From assembly GCA_963691795.1 (NCBI GenBank), contig OY829373.1, forward strand, positions 3,216,810 through 3,280,809: a stretch of DNA of 64,000 bases, written 5' to 3'. Each line of letters begins with the position of its first letter. The stretch's first letter is position 1. The position numbers and the translations under genes were made by a program. The notes under the pieces are model-generated. The model was not told where the DNA came from. It searched no databases and saw nothing but the letters and a program-made list of their open reading frames with translations. This stretch comes from Roseovarius sp. (GTDB taxonomy: Bacteria; Pseudomonadota; Alphaproteobacteria; Rhodobacterales; Rhodobacteraceae). Of the stretch, positions 1-8,959 are shown one piece after another.

Positions 1-1
1 G

Positions 2-118
2 ACCCGCGATGGCGTGGCTGGCCTGCGGGAGACGCTTGGACAAGCGCTGCGCACAGGCCTGAAGGATCTGCTGATCGACATTGCCAACCGCATTGACCCC
101 ATACCCCCGACCAATTGA
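2..118 (+). CDS. 3' end of an unidentified upstream gene (partial; ...[20 protein letters not shown])
   Basis: This is the only protein-like frame entering from the left edge. It stops at TGA 116-118, 8 nt before the pyrE ATG. It is too short for a family call. Confidence 0.3.
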   Translation, partial: TRDGVAGLRETLGQALRTGLKDLLIDIANRIDPIPPTN

Positions 119-125
119 GGCACAC

Positions 126-803
126 ATGATACCCACCGGCGCCCCCTCCAAAGACGAAATCGCACGGCTGACCGCGCGTATGCTGCTTGAAATAAAGGCT
201 GTGCATTTCAACGCCGAGGACCCCTTCACGCTGGCCTCTGGTCTGCCCTCGCCGACCTATATCGATTGCCGCAAGCTGATCTCCTTCCCCCGTATCCGCG
301 CAACATTAATGGATTTCCTGACCGTGACGGTCATGCGTGATGCGGGCTTTGAGGCATTCGACAACATCGCGGGCGGTGAGACTGCGGGCATTCCGTTTGC
401 CGCACTGGTGGCCGAACGGATGGCTCTGCCCATGAGCTATGTGCGCAAGAAGCCCAAGGGTTATGGCCGCAACGCTCGGATCGAGGGCGCGATGCGCGAG
501 GGCGAGCGCGTGTTGCTTGTCGAGGACCTGACCACCGATGGCGGCTCAAAACTCAGCTTCGTGGACGCGATCCGCGAGACGGGGGCCAGCTGTGGCCATA
601 CGGCGGTGATCTTCTATTACGGTATCTTTCCAGAAACAGAAAAGACACTGGGTGATCATGGGGTTGCGCTGCATTACCTCTGCACCTGGTGGGACGTTCT
701 GGCCGAGGCGCACGCCTCGGGTGCCTTTGACGCGGCCACTCTGAACGGGGTGGAAGAGTTCCTCAACGATCCCCGCGCCTGGCAGGCGGCTCGCTCTTCG
801 TGA
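126..803 (+). CDS. pyrE: orotate phosphoribosyltransferase
   Basis: PRPP-binding motif [14 protein letters not shown] and overall PyrE-like sequence. ATG 126 is preferred over TTG 81 because GAGG lies upstream and the 81-125 extension overlaps the preceding gene. Confidence 0.9.
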   Translation: MIPTGAPSKDEIARLTARMLLEIKAVHFNAEDPFTLASGLPSPTYIDCRKLISFPRIRATLMDFLTVTVMRDAGFEAFDNIAGGETAGIPFAALVAERMALPMSYVRKKPKGYGRNARIEGAMREGERVLLVEDLTTDGGSKLSFVDAIRETGASCGHTAVIFYYGIFPETEKTLGDHGVALHYLCTWWDVLAEAHASGAFDAATLNGVEEFLNDPRAWQAARSS

Positions 804-811
804 GGTCTGGA

Positions 812-925
812 TTAGGGGCGCTGCCCCCGCCACGCGTTCGCGCGTCTCCCCCAGAGTATGTCCGGAAATATGAAGTCGGGAGGCGCCATCTCTGCTTCTT
901 TCTGGTCAAAAATACCTGATGGCGG
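812..925. repeat. short intergenic repeat family B, copy 1 (GGGGCGCTGCCCCC ... CTCTGCTTCTTTC ... AAAAATACC)
   Basis: Shares the CYCTGCTTC(A)T(C)TTTC...AAATACC block and the GGGGGCAGCGCC block (inverted here) with the copies at 41523-41585 and 47097-47185. Confidence 0.55.
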
Positions 926-1039
926 AAACGTGCCAAAGGGTATAGCGCCCGGATAAAAAAATATCCGGGGGATCGCGCTCTAATCTACCAGATGTTGACG
1001 CGAATGCTTCGCTCATGACACTATATCGCTAGAGAGAAC

Positions 1040-1059
1040 CTATCCACAGCCAATCCACA
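1040..1059 (+). promoter_or_regulatory. tandem DnaA-box-like motifs CTATCCACA / CAATCCACA, 11 bp apart, upstream of dnaB
   Basis: cctATCCACAGccaATCCACAGaa read directly from the sequence. The motifs are 1 and 2 mismatches from TTATCCACA. The same tandem architecture occurs at 40685-40702. Confidence 0.35.
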
Positions 1060-1096
1060 GAAACATACAATTTGCAACCAAGGCGACGGCGAATGT

Positions 1097-2623
1097 ATGA
1101 CCAAGGCGTACAGGTGGGACGGGAATACGATGAACACAATTACAACTTTCAACGCCGCAGGCGTTGAAACCACCGACACTGAGACATTACCGCACTCCAT
1201 CGAAGCCGAGCAGCAGCTTCTGGGTGCGATCTTAACAAATAACGACATCTTTGACCGGGTTGCGAGCCTTATCAACGGGACCCATTTCTATGATCCTTTG
1301 CACGCGCGCATCTACGAGGTCGCAGCCGCCCGTATCCACAAGGGCGCGCTGGCGTCTCCGGTGACGCTTAAGACCTTCCTCGAAGATGACGAAGGCCTCA
1401 ACGAGTTGGGTGGCGCGGCCTATCTTGTGCGGCTGGCAGGTGCTGCCATCAGCGCCTTTGCCGCACGTGACTATGCGCAGATGATCTATGACATGGCCAT
1501 ACGGCGTGAACTGATCGGCCTTGGCCGCGACATCGCAGGCCAGGCCGCGCGCGCCGATGTGACGCTGGAGCCAAGCGACCAGATCGTGCAGGCTGAGCAA
1601 AAGCTTTATGCCCTTTCTGAACAGGGCAAATCCGAGACCGGATTTCAGAGCTTTCTCAAAGCCGTTACCGATGCCGTCAACGTCGCCAATGCCGCATTTA
1701 AGCGCGACGGCGGGCTAGCGGGCATCTCCACTGGGCTCAACGACATGGACCGAAAGCTAGGCGGGTTGCACAAGTCAGACCTTCTGATCCTAGCCGGACG
1801 CCCATCGATGGGCAAAACGTCGCTGGCCACGAACATCGCCTTCAACATCGCCAAGACATACAAGCGTGGCGCGCTGCCCGATGGCGGCGAGGGCGCGGTG
1901 AAAGGTGGCGTTGTCGGCTTTTTCAGCCTTGAGATGAGTGCCGAACAGTTGGCCGCGCGGGTTCTGTCAGAAGCCTCCGAAGTCCCGTCTGAACAGATCC
2001 GGCGCGGCGACATGACCGAGGGCGAATTCCGCCGCTTTGTTGAGGCGGCCAAGACGCTGGAGGCCTGCCCACTTTACATAGATGACACAGCCGCGCTGCC
2101 CATCAGCCAGTTGGCCGCCCGCGCCCGCCGTCTCAAGCGTAGCCAGGGCCTCGACGTGCTGATCGTGGACTACCTGCAACTGGTGCGCCCCGCCTCGGCC
2201 AAGGACAGCCGGGTGAACGAGGTGTCCGAGATCACACAAGGCCTCAAGGCCATAGCAAAGGAACTCGACATCCCGGTTATCGCACTCTCCCAGCTGTCAC
2301 GGCAGGTGGAAAACCGCGACGACAAGCGCCCACAGCTTTCAGATCTGCGCGAATCAGGCTCGATCGAGCAGGATGCAGATGTGGTGATGTTCGTCTTCCG
2401 CGAGGAATATTACGCCGAGCGGGAAAAACCCTCGGACGACAAGCTGGAGGAGATGGCCGCCTGGCAGGAACGTATGGAGCGGCTTCATGGCAAGGCCGAA
2501 GTAATTATCGGCAAGCAGCGCCACGGCCCCATCGGCTCGGTCGAACTCAGCTTCGAGGGCCGCTTCACTCGCTTCGGGAACCTTGCGAAACCCTGGCAAC
2601 ACGATGGCGACCGGGAGTTCTAG
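1097..2623 (+). CDS. dnaB: replicative DNA helicase DnaB
   Basis: N-terminal [12 protein letters not shown] motif, Walker [12 protein letters not shown], and SQLSR...[18 protein letters not shown]. An alternative start is ATG 1130. Confidence 0.95.
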   Translation: MTKAYRWDGNTMNTITTFNAAGVETTDTETLPHSIEAEQQLLGAILTNNDIFDRVASLINGTHFYDPLHARIYEVAAARIHKGALASPVTLKTFLEDDEGLNELGGAAYLVRLAGAAISAFAARDYAQMIYDMAIRRELIGLGRDIAGQAARADVTLEPSDQIVQAEQKLYALSEQGKSETGFQSFLKAVTDAVNVANAAFKRDGGLAGISTGLNDMDRKLGGLHKSDLLILAGRPSMGKTSLATNIAFNIAKTYKRGALPDGGEGAVKGGVVGFFSLEMSAEQLAARVLSEASEVPSEQIRRGDMTEGEFRRFVEAAKTLEACPLYIDDTAALPISQLAARARRLKRSQGLDVLIVDYLQLVRPASAKDSRVNEVSEITQGLKAIAKELDIPVIALSQLSRQVENRDDKRPQLSDLRESGSIEQDADVVMFVFREEYYAEREKPSDDKLEEMAAWQERMERLHGKAEVIIGKQRHGPIGSVELSFEGRFTRFGNLAKPWQHDGDREF

Positions 2624-2940
2624 GAGACGGAGCATGCCAGCCAAGGTTTTTCGGGACTGAGGACCAGCAGCGCATGCAGGGGATCACACACACGCTATCC
2701 CCGTTGTTGGAAGATACTACCTCGTAAGGCCTGGAAACTCCGACGTACCTTCTCGATACCCTGGAAAAAACGGCAGCGGCTTGCGGGGTGTTGCCCCCCA
2801 TCACGCCGGTCCTTTTCGGGCAGATGCGCAAGGCCGCGTATTTCTGCCTTTAGGCACCTGACGGCGGTGTTGCAGCCTGTGCAGGCGCTTGCCTGCGCAA
2901 TCACCCCGACAGCCACTTTGGCAAGGCCGCATGGTAGGGC

Positions 2941-3174
2941 ATGCTAGCGACGCGGGATCAGGACCGTGATCAGAGCCTGTTGCTTTATCTTGGTGCGCTG
3001 GCCGCGCTACACATGAACAAGGCATTCGGTGTCGAGGAATTTTATGCCGGCGTGCGGTCCGACAATGCTGTGTCCCGACACGTTTGCCAGAAACTGGGTG
3101 TCCGTGACAGCGGGTTTGCCTGCCTCGCAGTTTTCAATCCCTCTTCATTCGGCTTAGGCGGATACACAAAGTAA
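2941..3174 (+). pseudogene. GNAT-family N-acetyltransferase C-terminal remnant
   Basis: The 77-aa ORF ends in a GNAT-like tail (VEEFYAGVRSDNAVSRHVCQKLGVRDSG). No N-terminal half is in frame. Upstream region 2634-2940 has protein-like stretches in other frames that are broken by stops. Confidence 0.4.
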
Positions 3175-3311
3175 CTTCGGGTGACACAGTCCCAGCAGCG
3201 ACAAGCGAAGTCCCCAACGGGCTCACTGCCGTCAGTCACATTTCTCCGTAAGGCGGGGTTTCACCCCGCTATGCCTTGCCCGGCGTCGGCGTAAAGAACC
3301 AATGGCCCCGA

Positions 3312-3863
3312 TCATGGAACTAGGTGAGCGGCCTCACGACGGGACCGCACGACAAGTGTTGGGACACCGGGACCATGCATGTCGATCTGTTCGACGAAGC
3401 GCGGACCCGTTTTCTTCTCGAAGTTCCAGATATACGACAGGAAGTCGCGATCCGGTAACGGCTCCGGGCACCCCTGAGCCATCGCAATCCTCGTGCGCCC
3501 GTAGTTCGCCGCCACGCGCCGGGCGAGACCTTTGAAAGCCGTCAGCCGCGACGGGCGCAGCCAGAGGATCAAATCGGCACGGGGGACACGCAGATCAAAG
3601 GAGGACGAATTGTTGCCATCCATGATCCATCTTTCTCCCGACACCAAGCGCGCCAGAATGGCCCTCTGATCGGCCTGCTCTCGGATCTGCCATCCGGGCA
3701 GCCAATAGACATCACGGTCTATCGACAGATACTCAAATCCGAATTTGTCGGAGAGGCGCAGCGCAAGCGTGGTCTTTCCCCCACCAGAACAGCCAATCAC
3801 CATGACACGATTGGCGCGCCCCAGCACGTGCCGTGCCTCGAAGAGTGATACGTAATTCGGCAT
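3312..3863 (-). CDS. P-loop NTPase, adenylate-kinase / topology-modulation (FlaR)-like
   Basis: Walker A VIGCSGGGKTTLA near the N-terminus; size about 180 aa, as in this family. Confidence 0.75.
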   Translation of the reverse strand: MPNYVSLFEARHVLGRANRVMVIGCSGGGKTTLALRLSDKFGFEYLSIDRDVYWLPGWQIREQADQRAILARLVSGERWIMDGNNSSSFDLRVPRADLILWLRPSRLTAFKGLARRVAANYGRTRIAMAQGCPEPLPDRDFLSYIWNFEKKTGPRFVEQIDMHGPGVPTLVVRSRREAAHLVP

Positions 3864-3877
3864 GGGAACAGTCTAAC

Positions 3878-4094
3878 ACAACAGAGCGCGTTCGATAGGC
3901 CGTGGCGTAGCGACCTGACGGCTGAGCAGCAGCGCTTTATGGTGCAAAATCCTAACTAAATCGGACCAAGGCGCAGGTGGCACCTTTTCGACAGGCGTCG
4001 CGCCAGAGGCGCGCCACTAAGCATTGGCACACCTCCGGTGTGACGGACGGCCTGTCGAACGCGCGGCGGCCTGCGGCCTTGTTCCGCGCGGGGG
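3878..4094. repeat. MITE-like intergenic repeat family A, copy 1
   Basis: Aligns by eye with 10030-10201 over its whole length and with 32195-32385 in part. Internal inverted repeats are GCGCGTTCGATAGGCCGT (3886-3903) and ACGGCCTGTCGAACGCGC (4047-4064), 17 of 18 complementary. Confidence 0.7.
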
Positions 4095-4151
4095 GCTGAT
4101 GAGGGACGTTCTCTGGTTCCAGACACACGCGGCTTTACCCCGCCACTCCAA

Positions 4152-6275
4152 TCAGGATTTGCGACCGGGTTTCCGAAAGGGTTTGGCGTCCCCGCCCTTG
4201 GCCGCGCGCACCTTCACGCGGGGCGGGGCATCGCCCGGTTTGCTGCCCGGCTTGCCCGCCTTGTGACGGGCCTTACGCGCGCCCATGGGTTTTGAGGGGT
4301 CGGCGGCGTCCTTCATACGGCGGGGTTTCGGCGCGGCCTCCTTGGGTGCGTCCTGTTTCGGCTTGGTCCGTTTGGGCTTGTCCGTCCTGGCCTTGGGCTT
4401 GCCCGGTTTATCCTTGGGCCAATCCTTGCCCTTACCCTTGTCCTTAGGCTTCGACTTACCCTCGAACGGTGGCTTTGCGCCCGCATCCTTCGGCTTGCGC
4501 GTCTCGGGCGCGCGGTCCGGCTTGGGCGCGGGCGGCTTACGGTCCCGCCGCTCACCCCGCTCCCGATCGAACCCAGACTTGCGCGGCTTGCCGCCCTCGC
4601 GCGGTGCATCGCGATCCGCCGGTGGGCCCTTGGGGGAGGCCTCGAAATCCGGAACACCCGGCAACTCAGTCAGCCGCGCGCCCTGCTCGATGTCCAGCTC
4701 CGGGCCCAGCTCCTGCTTCATGCCGGGCACGGCCGCCGCGGAAATCTCCACGAATGTCTCTTGGTACTGCACCCGGATTGCACCGATGGCGTCTTTGGAA
4801 ATCCCAGCGTTGCGGCACAGCATCGGCAAAAGCCAGCGCGGCTCCGCCCGCTGCTTGCGGCCCAGCGAGAGTGAGAACCACACACTCGGCCCAAACTCGG
4901 CATGGTCGCGCGGCTTGCGCTCGGGTCGCTCCTTACGGTCCCGGCGCTCATCCCGCTCCAGCACGGCGCCCAGGATTTCCGGGGCCGAATGGCGCTCCCG
5001 GTAAAGCCGGTGATAGGCCGCCGCGATCTGTTCAGCACTGCGGCCCTCCAGCAACTTGGCGGCAAAGCCCTGCTCTTCCTCGGTCAGCGGCGTGTCCCAG
5101 CCGGGGTCGGAGAAGATACGTTCCTCATCCCGCGCCAGCACCGCCTCGGCAGACGGGGCCGCGCCCCATTCGGCCTCAAGCTTGGCCCATTTCAGCAGGC
5201 GCTGCGCCTTGTTACGCTGCCGCCCCGGCACGATCAGCACCGACGTGCCCTTGCGCCCAGCCCGGCCCGTGCGGCCTGAACGATGCAATAGTGCCTCGCT
5301 ATTGGTCGGCAAATCTGCATGAATAACCAGCTCTAGCCCCGGCAGATCGATGCCGCGCGCCGCCACATCCGTGGCCACACAGACCCGTGCCCGCCGGTCG
5401 CGCAAGGCTTGAAGCGCGTGGTTGCGTTCGGTCTGGCTGAGTTCGCCAGATAAAGATACCACCGAAAATCCCCGGTTCGACAGTTTCGCCGTTAGCCGCG
5501 CCACCATGGAGCGGGTGTTGGCAAACACAATCGCCGTCTGCGCGTCATGGAAGCGCAACAGATTGATTATGGCTTTCTCGATGTCTGAAGGTGCGACGTT
5601 GAGCGCATGGTAGGCGATGTCGGCATGCTGCGCTTCACGGCTACCCACGGCAATGCGCTGCGTGTTATCCTTCTGATAGGTCTGCGCCAGCTTGGCGATC
5701 CCCTTGGGGACGGTGGCGGAGAACAGCAGCGTGCGGCGGCCTTCCGGCGTCTGGTCGAGGATGAATTCCAGATCCTCGGCAAACCCCATGTCGAGCATCT
5801 CATCCGCCTCATCCAGCACCACGGCGCGCAGGTCGCTCAGATCCACAACGCCCCGCGACAGGTGATCGCGCAACCGCCCAGGCGTGGCAACGACAACATG
5901 CGCCCCCTGCTCGATCGCGCGGCGTTCGGTCCGGGCGTCCATACCGCCCACGGCCGAGGCTGTGACAATCCCGGCCTGTGCAAAAAGCCAGTCGAATTCG
6001 CGCCGCACCTGCAGCGCCAGTTCCCGCGTTGGCGCAATGACAAGGGCCAACGGTCCCGCTGCCCGGCCAAACTGGCCCTGATCATCCAGAATGTCATGCG
6101 CCATGGCCAGGCCAAACCCCACAGTCTTGCCGGACCCGGTCTGAGCCGAAACCAGCAGATCACAGCCCGCCAAAGCAGTCTCGGTCACGGTCTCCTGCAC
6201 GGGCGTCAGGCGGTCATACCCTTTCTGTGTCAAAGCTTGCGATAATGTGGTTGGGATACCGGGGAAATCTTGCAT
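4152..6275 (-). CDS. DEAD-box ATP-dependent RNA helicase with DbpA-like RNA-binding domain and long K/P/R-rich tail
   Basis: Motifs AQTGSGKT, VLDEADEMLDMGF, FSAT and HRSGRTGRAG. A DbpA-like segment is VWFSLSLGRKQRAEPRWLLPMLCRNAGI. The last roughly 170 residues are low-complexity and basic. Confidence 0.9.
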   Translation of the reverse strand: MQDFPGIPTTLSQALTQKGYDRLTPVQETVTETALAGCDLLVSAQTGSGKTVGFGLAMAHDILDDQGQFGRAAGPLALVIAPTRELALQVRREFDWLFAQAGIVTASAVGGMDARTERRAIEQGAHVVVATPGRLRDHLSRGVVDLSDLRAVVLDEADEMLDMGFAEDLEFILDQTPEGRRTLLFSATVPKGIAKLAQTYQKDNTQRIAVGSREAQHADIAYHALNVAPSDIEKAIINLLRFHDAQTAIVFANTRSMVARLTAKLSNRGFSVVSLSGELSQTERNHALQALRDRRARVCVATDVAARGIDLPGLELVIHADLPTNSEALLHRSGRTGRAGRKGTSVLIVPGRQRNKAQRLLKWAKLEAEWGAAPSAEAVLARDEERIFSDPGWDTPLTEEEQGFAAKLLEGRSAEQIAAAYHRLYRERHSAPEILGAVLERDERRDRKERPERKPRDHAEFGPSVWFSLSLGRKQRAEPRWLLPMLCRNAGISKDAIGAIRVQYQETFVEISAAAVPGMKQELGPELDIEQGARLTELPGVPDFEASPKGPPADRDAPREGGKPRKSGFDRERGERRDRKPPAPKPDRAPETRKPKDAGAKPPFEGKSKPKDKGKGKDWPKDKPGKPKARTDKPKRTKPKQDAPKEAAPKPRRMKDAADPSKPMGARKARHKAGKPGSKPGDAPPRVKVRAAKGGDAKPFRKPGRKS

Positions 6276-6557
6276 GGATCACCAATTGTAGGAAGACGCC
6301 CGGCCTTAGTGGTATTTGCGAGGGATGTATAGCCCGCTCAACACGAAACCAGCCACCTTGCGATTTTATCATTTGGAAACCGGGCGCGACCAGCTCCATC
6401 GTTGGACCCTAAGACAGGGTCGTACAATTTTGGATCTTTTTGGAAAGATGAATCCAACAAGACATTTTTTCCCAGCACTTCACCCTCAGCCCCATGACAT
6501 CGGGGGTCGCCCACAAAGGCAAGAAAAGTGCGGACCATCTTGTCAGGCAGAGCCCTG

Positions 6558-7799
6558 TCAGCCCATGTCCAGCGTGAACAGCTCCTGCCGTTCCCGCACC
6601 CCGCGCAGGCGGTACTGGCCCAGGGAGACAAGCTCGGGCACGCTCTTCTTCAGGGGGGTGGCCACATGAGCCGAGATCACGATCGCCTGATCCACCGCGC
6701 TGCACATGCCCTGCATCCGCGACGTGGTGTTGACAGCAGGTCCGATCACAGTGAAATCCAGCCGGCTCTTGCCGCCGATATTGCCGTAGAGCACATCGCC
6801 CGCATGCAGCCCTAGCGTGAAGCCCGTCGTGGCCAGACCAGCGGCCGCGCGGCGGCTGTTGATCGGACCAAAGGCAGCGCGCAACTCAAGCGCAGCCTCG
6901 ATGGCGACGCGGCGCGCATCGGGGACATGCTCCATATCGAAAATCGCCAGCATGCCGTCACCCATGAACTTGAGGACATTGCCGCCATGGCGTTCCACAA
7001 TCTCGACCACCTCGCCAAAATAATCGTTGAGCATCTCGATGATGGCCGGTCCAGGCAAGGTTTCCGACATCTTGGTGAAGCCCTGTAGGTCAAAATAAAG
7101 GATCACGGCTGAAATTGTCTCGCTTGACCCACGCGTGATGTCGCCCGAAAGCACCCTGCGGCTGGCATCACGGCCCATATAGGCGGCAGTGATATCCTCG
7201 GCCATCAGGCGATTGGCGGCGCATTTCAGCGTCAGGCACAGGGGCGCCAGCGTCTGCCGGATCACATCAAGATGGATCTCCTTAAACCCGTTTGGCGCGT
7301 CCGTTGTTGCTGTAAAAACCACCCCTTCCCGACGCGCAAGATCAAGCGAAAATTTTTGATCTTCGCCCATAAATACTCGTTTCGCACCGAAATAGTCCGT
7401 GGCACCCTGTGCGCGAATATCATCGAAGATTGGAAAGTCCAGCTCCGGATCGGGCACGTCCAGCCTTTGGCGAATCTCATCACTTTCATGAGTCACCAGA
7501 TGGTAGATTGGGCTTTCGAGAAACTGCGCGTCAGATTCCGAATCGCGTTGAAAATTCTCCCGCTCGTTACCCTTATGGCGGTGCCAGCGGAAGGCTACCG
7601 TACCAATTTCGGGGTGGTGCGCGCGCATTGACAGGTTGACGCGGTGCAACGGCACACCGATCTCAACAAGCCGAACGCAGAATAACTCCAGCCAGTTTTC
7701 GACTGGCGTGTTCGAGAGGCCCTGCTGGATCAACCAGTCCGTCAGATCCGACAGCGCCGCTGTTATGTCCACGTTGTCTTGCGTCGGAGCTGCCATCAT
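6558..7799 (-). CDS. class III adenylate/guanylate cyclase with uncharacterised N-terminal domain
   Basis: C-terminal cyclase homology domain (ILYFDLQGFTKMSE ... GGNVLKFMGDGMLAIF ... GPAVNTTSRMQ). Start is set at ATGATG 7799, preceded by AGGAGGA; the ORF-track extension to 7955 is Arg/Cys-rich and implausible. Confidence 0.85.
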   Translation of the reverse strand: MMAAPTQDNVDITAALSDLTDWLIQQGLSNTPVENWLELFCVRLVEIGVPLHRVNLSMRAHHPEIGTVAFRWHRHKGNERENFQRDSESDAQFLESPIYHLVTHESDEIRQRLDVPDPELDFPIFDDIRAQGATDYFGAKRVFMGEDQKFSLDLARREGVVFTATTDAPNGFKEIHLDVIRQTLAPLCLTLKCAANRLMAEDITAAYMGRDASRRVLSGDITRGSSETISAVILYFDLQGFTKMSETLPGPAIIEMLNDYFGEVVEIVERHGGNVLKFMGDGMLAIFDMEHVPDARRVAIEAALELRAAFGPINSRRAAAGLATTGFTLGLHAGDVLYGNIGGKSRLDFTVIGPAVNTTSRMQGMCSAVDQAIVISAHVATPLKKSVPELVSLGQYRLRGVRERQELFTLDMG

Positions 7800-8039
7800 G
7801 TCCTCCTGCCGGTGTTGGACTGCGCGGGGTTGCGTAAGCGTGCACTCGATCTCCCTTCCACTTTGCCACCGCGCTCGACACGACGCAACGCCGCCGCAGT
7901 CTTCAGAAGGCTTCAGTCCCGCGCATCGCGCCCCGGGTCTGGACCGGGGCCTCACCGTTGCCCTCGCACCAAGAGGTCGCGGGCCTCAAACCCAGGTCGG
8001 GCCGCGCCATTGTCGCCAGATCAGCACAAGAACCGTTGG

Positions 8040-8342
8040 TCAGAACAGCGTGATCGCCATGTCCTTGACCGTCTCCCGCCAGTTCACCACGCCCACCCAG
8101 TTGATCCAGTCGCGCGCGTCCAGCGCCTCATTGACCGCCTGCAACAGCGCTAGAATACCCCAGGCCAGATAGACGCCATGCCGCCTTTTGCGCAGCACCA
8201 CCGCAAAGCTTAGGAAAATGAACAGGTCCACATGCACATGCAGCAGATCCTGCGACACACCCAGCTCCACCTCGACCCACGCCTTGCTCTCGAACCATAC
8301 TCTGCGCCAGTCGACGTCCATGCGCCCCACGATAACCAGCAC
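8040..8342 (-). CDS. small hypothetical membrane protein
   Basis: 100-aa ORF with high third-position GC and one or two hydrophobic segments. No recognisable family. Confidence 0.45.
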   Translation of the reverse strand: MLVIVGRMDVDWRRVWFESKAWVEVELGVSQDLLHVHVDLFIFLSFAVVLRKRRHGVYLAWGILALLQAVNEALDARDWINWVGVVNWRETVKDMAITLF

Positions 8343-8432
8343 ATTTCACAGCGTGAACACATCTCGCGCTCTGGCGCAGCGGGGGGCATTCGGGCTAGAA
8401 CCGCTTGCAGAAGGCCAGGAAAGGAACCGCAG

Positions 8433-8885
8433 ATGAACATCGAATGGCAACGCGCCGCCGCCTATGTCGTGGTCTTTGACGGGCAGGATCAGATCCTACT
8501 CACTCGGTTCGAGGTCGAAGGCCATGTCGACAGCGGCGCCTGGACGCTTCCGGGGGGCGGCATGGAATGGAATGAGCAGGCCCATGAGACGGCGTCGCGT
8601 GAGTTGACGGAAGAAACCGGACTGACGGGTCAGATCGGCCCGCTTCTGGGCACCCATTCCAAATGGTACACGGCCGAGCAATCCGCCCTCGGCCAGACTG
8701 GCCACGCCCTGCGCCTTATCTTTGCAGCGGCAGACTGCACCGGCACGCTCAAAGAGGACTTCAGCGACGACAACTCCACCGTGGCCGCGGGATGGTTCAC
8801 GCTTGAGGAAGTCACCCGCCTCTACCGCGTCCCTCTCGTGGATTTCGGGATCGGGCTTGCAGCGGGTTCAGGCTCGAACAGTTAG
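8433..8885 (+). CDS. NUDIX hydrolase
   Basis: Nudix box GGGMEWNEQAHETASRELTEETGL. ATG 8433 is preceded by AGGAAAGGAA. Confidence 0.85.
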   Translation: MNIEWQRAAAYVVVFDGQDQILLTRFEVEGHVDSGAWTLPGGGMEWNEQAHETASRELTEETGLTGQIGPLLGTHSKWYTAEQSALGQTGHALRLIFAAADCTGTLKEDFSDDNSTVAAGWFTLEEVTRLYRVPLVDFGIGLAAGSGSNS

Positions 8886-8959
8886 CCTCGGCAGGACAGA
8901 CGAGATGGCGCGCGCCCATTTTCGCTCCCATTCCAGCCGCGTTCAGCTAGGCTATCCCC

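Noticed and set aside
4285-5326. Several 115-285-aa ORFs on both strands within the helicase tail and core
   Set aside because: They are low-complexity Ser/Arg/Pro/Gly translations of alternative frames of the DEAD-box helicase gene and carry no motifs.
7800-7955. N-terminal 52-codon extension of the cyclase. Similar ORF-track extensions occur for pyrE, NUDIX, pdxH, gltA, erpA, xthA, dksA, trpG and the YibQ-like gene.
   Set aside because: The extensions are Arg/Cys/Pro-rich, lack an RBS and often overlap neighbouring genes. Internal starts with good Shine-Dalgarno sequences match the family N-termini.
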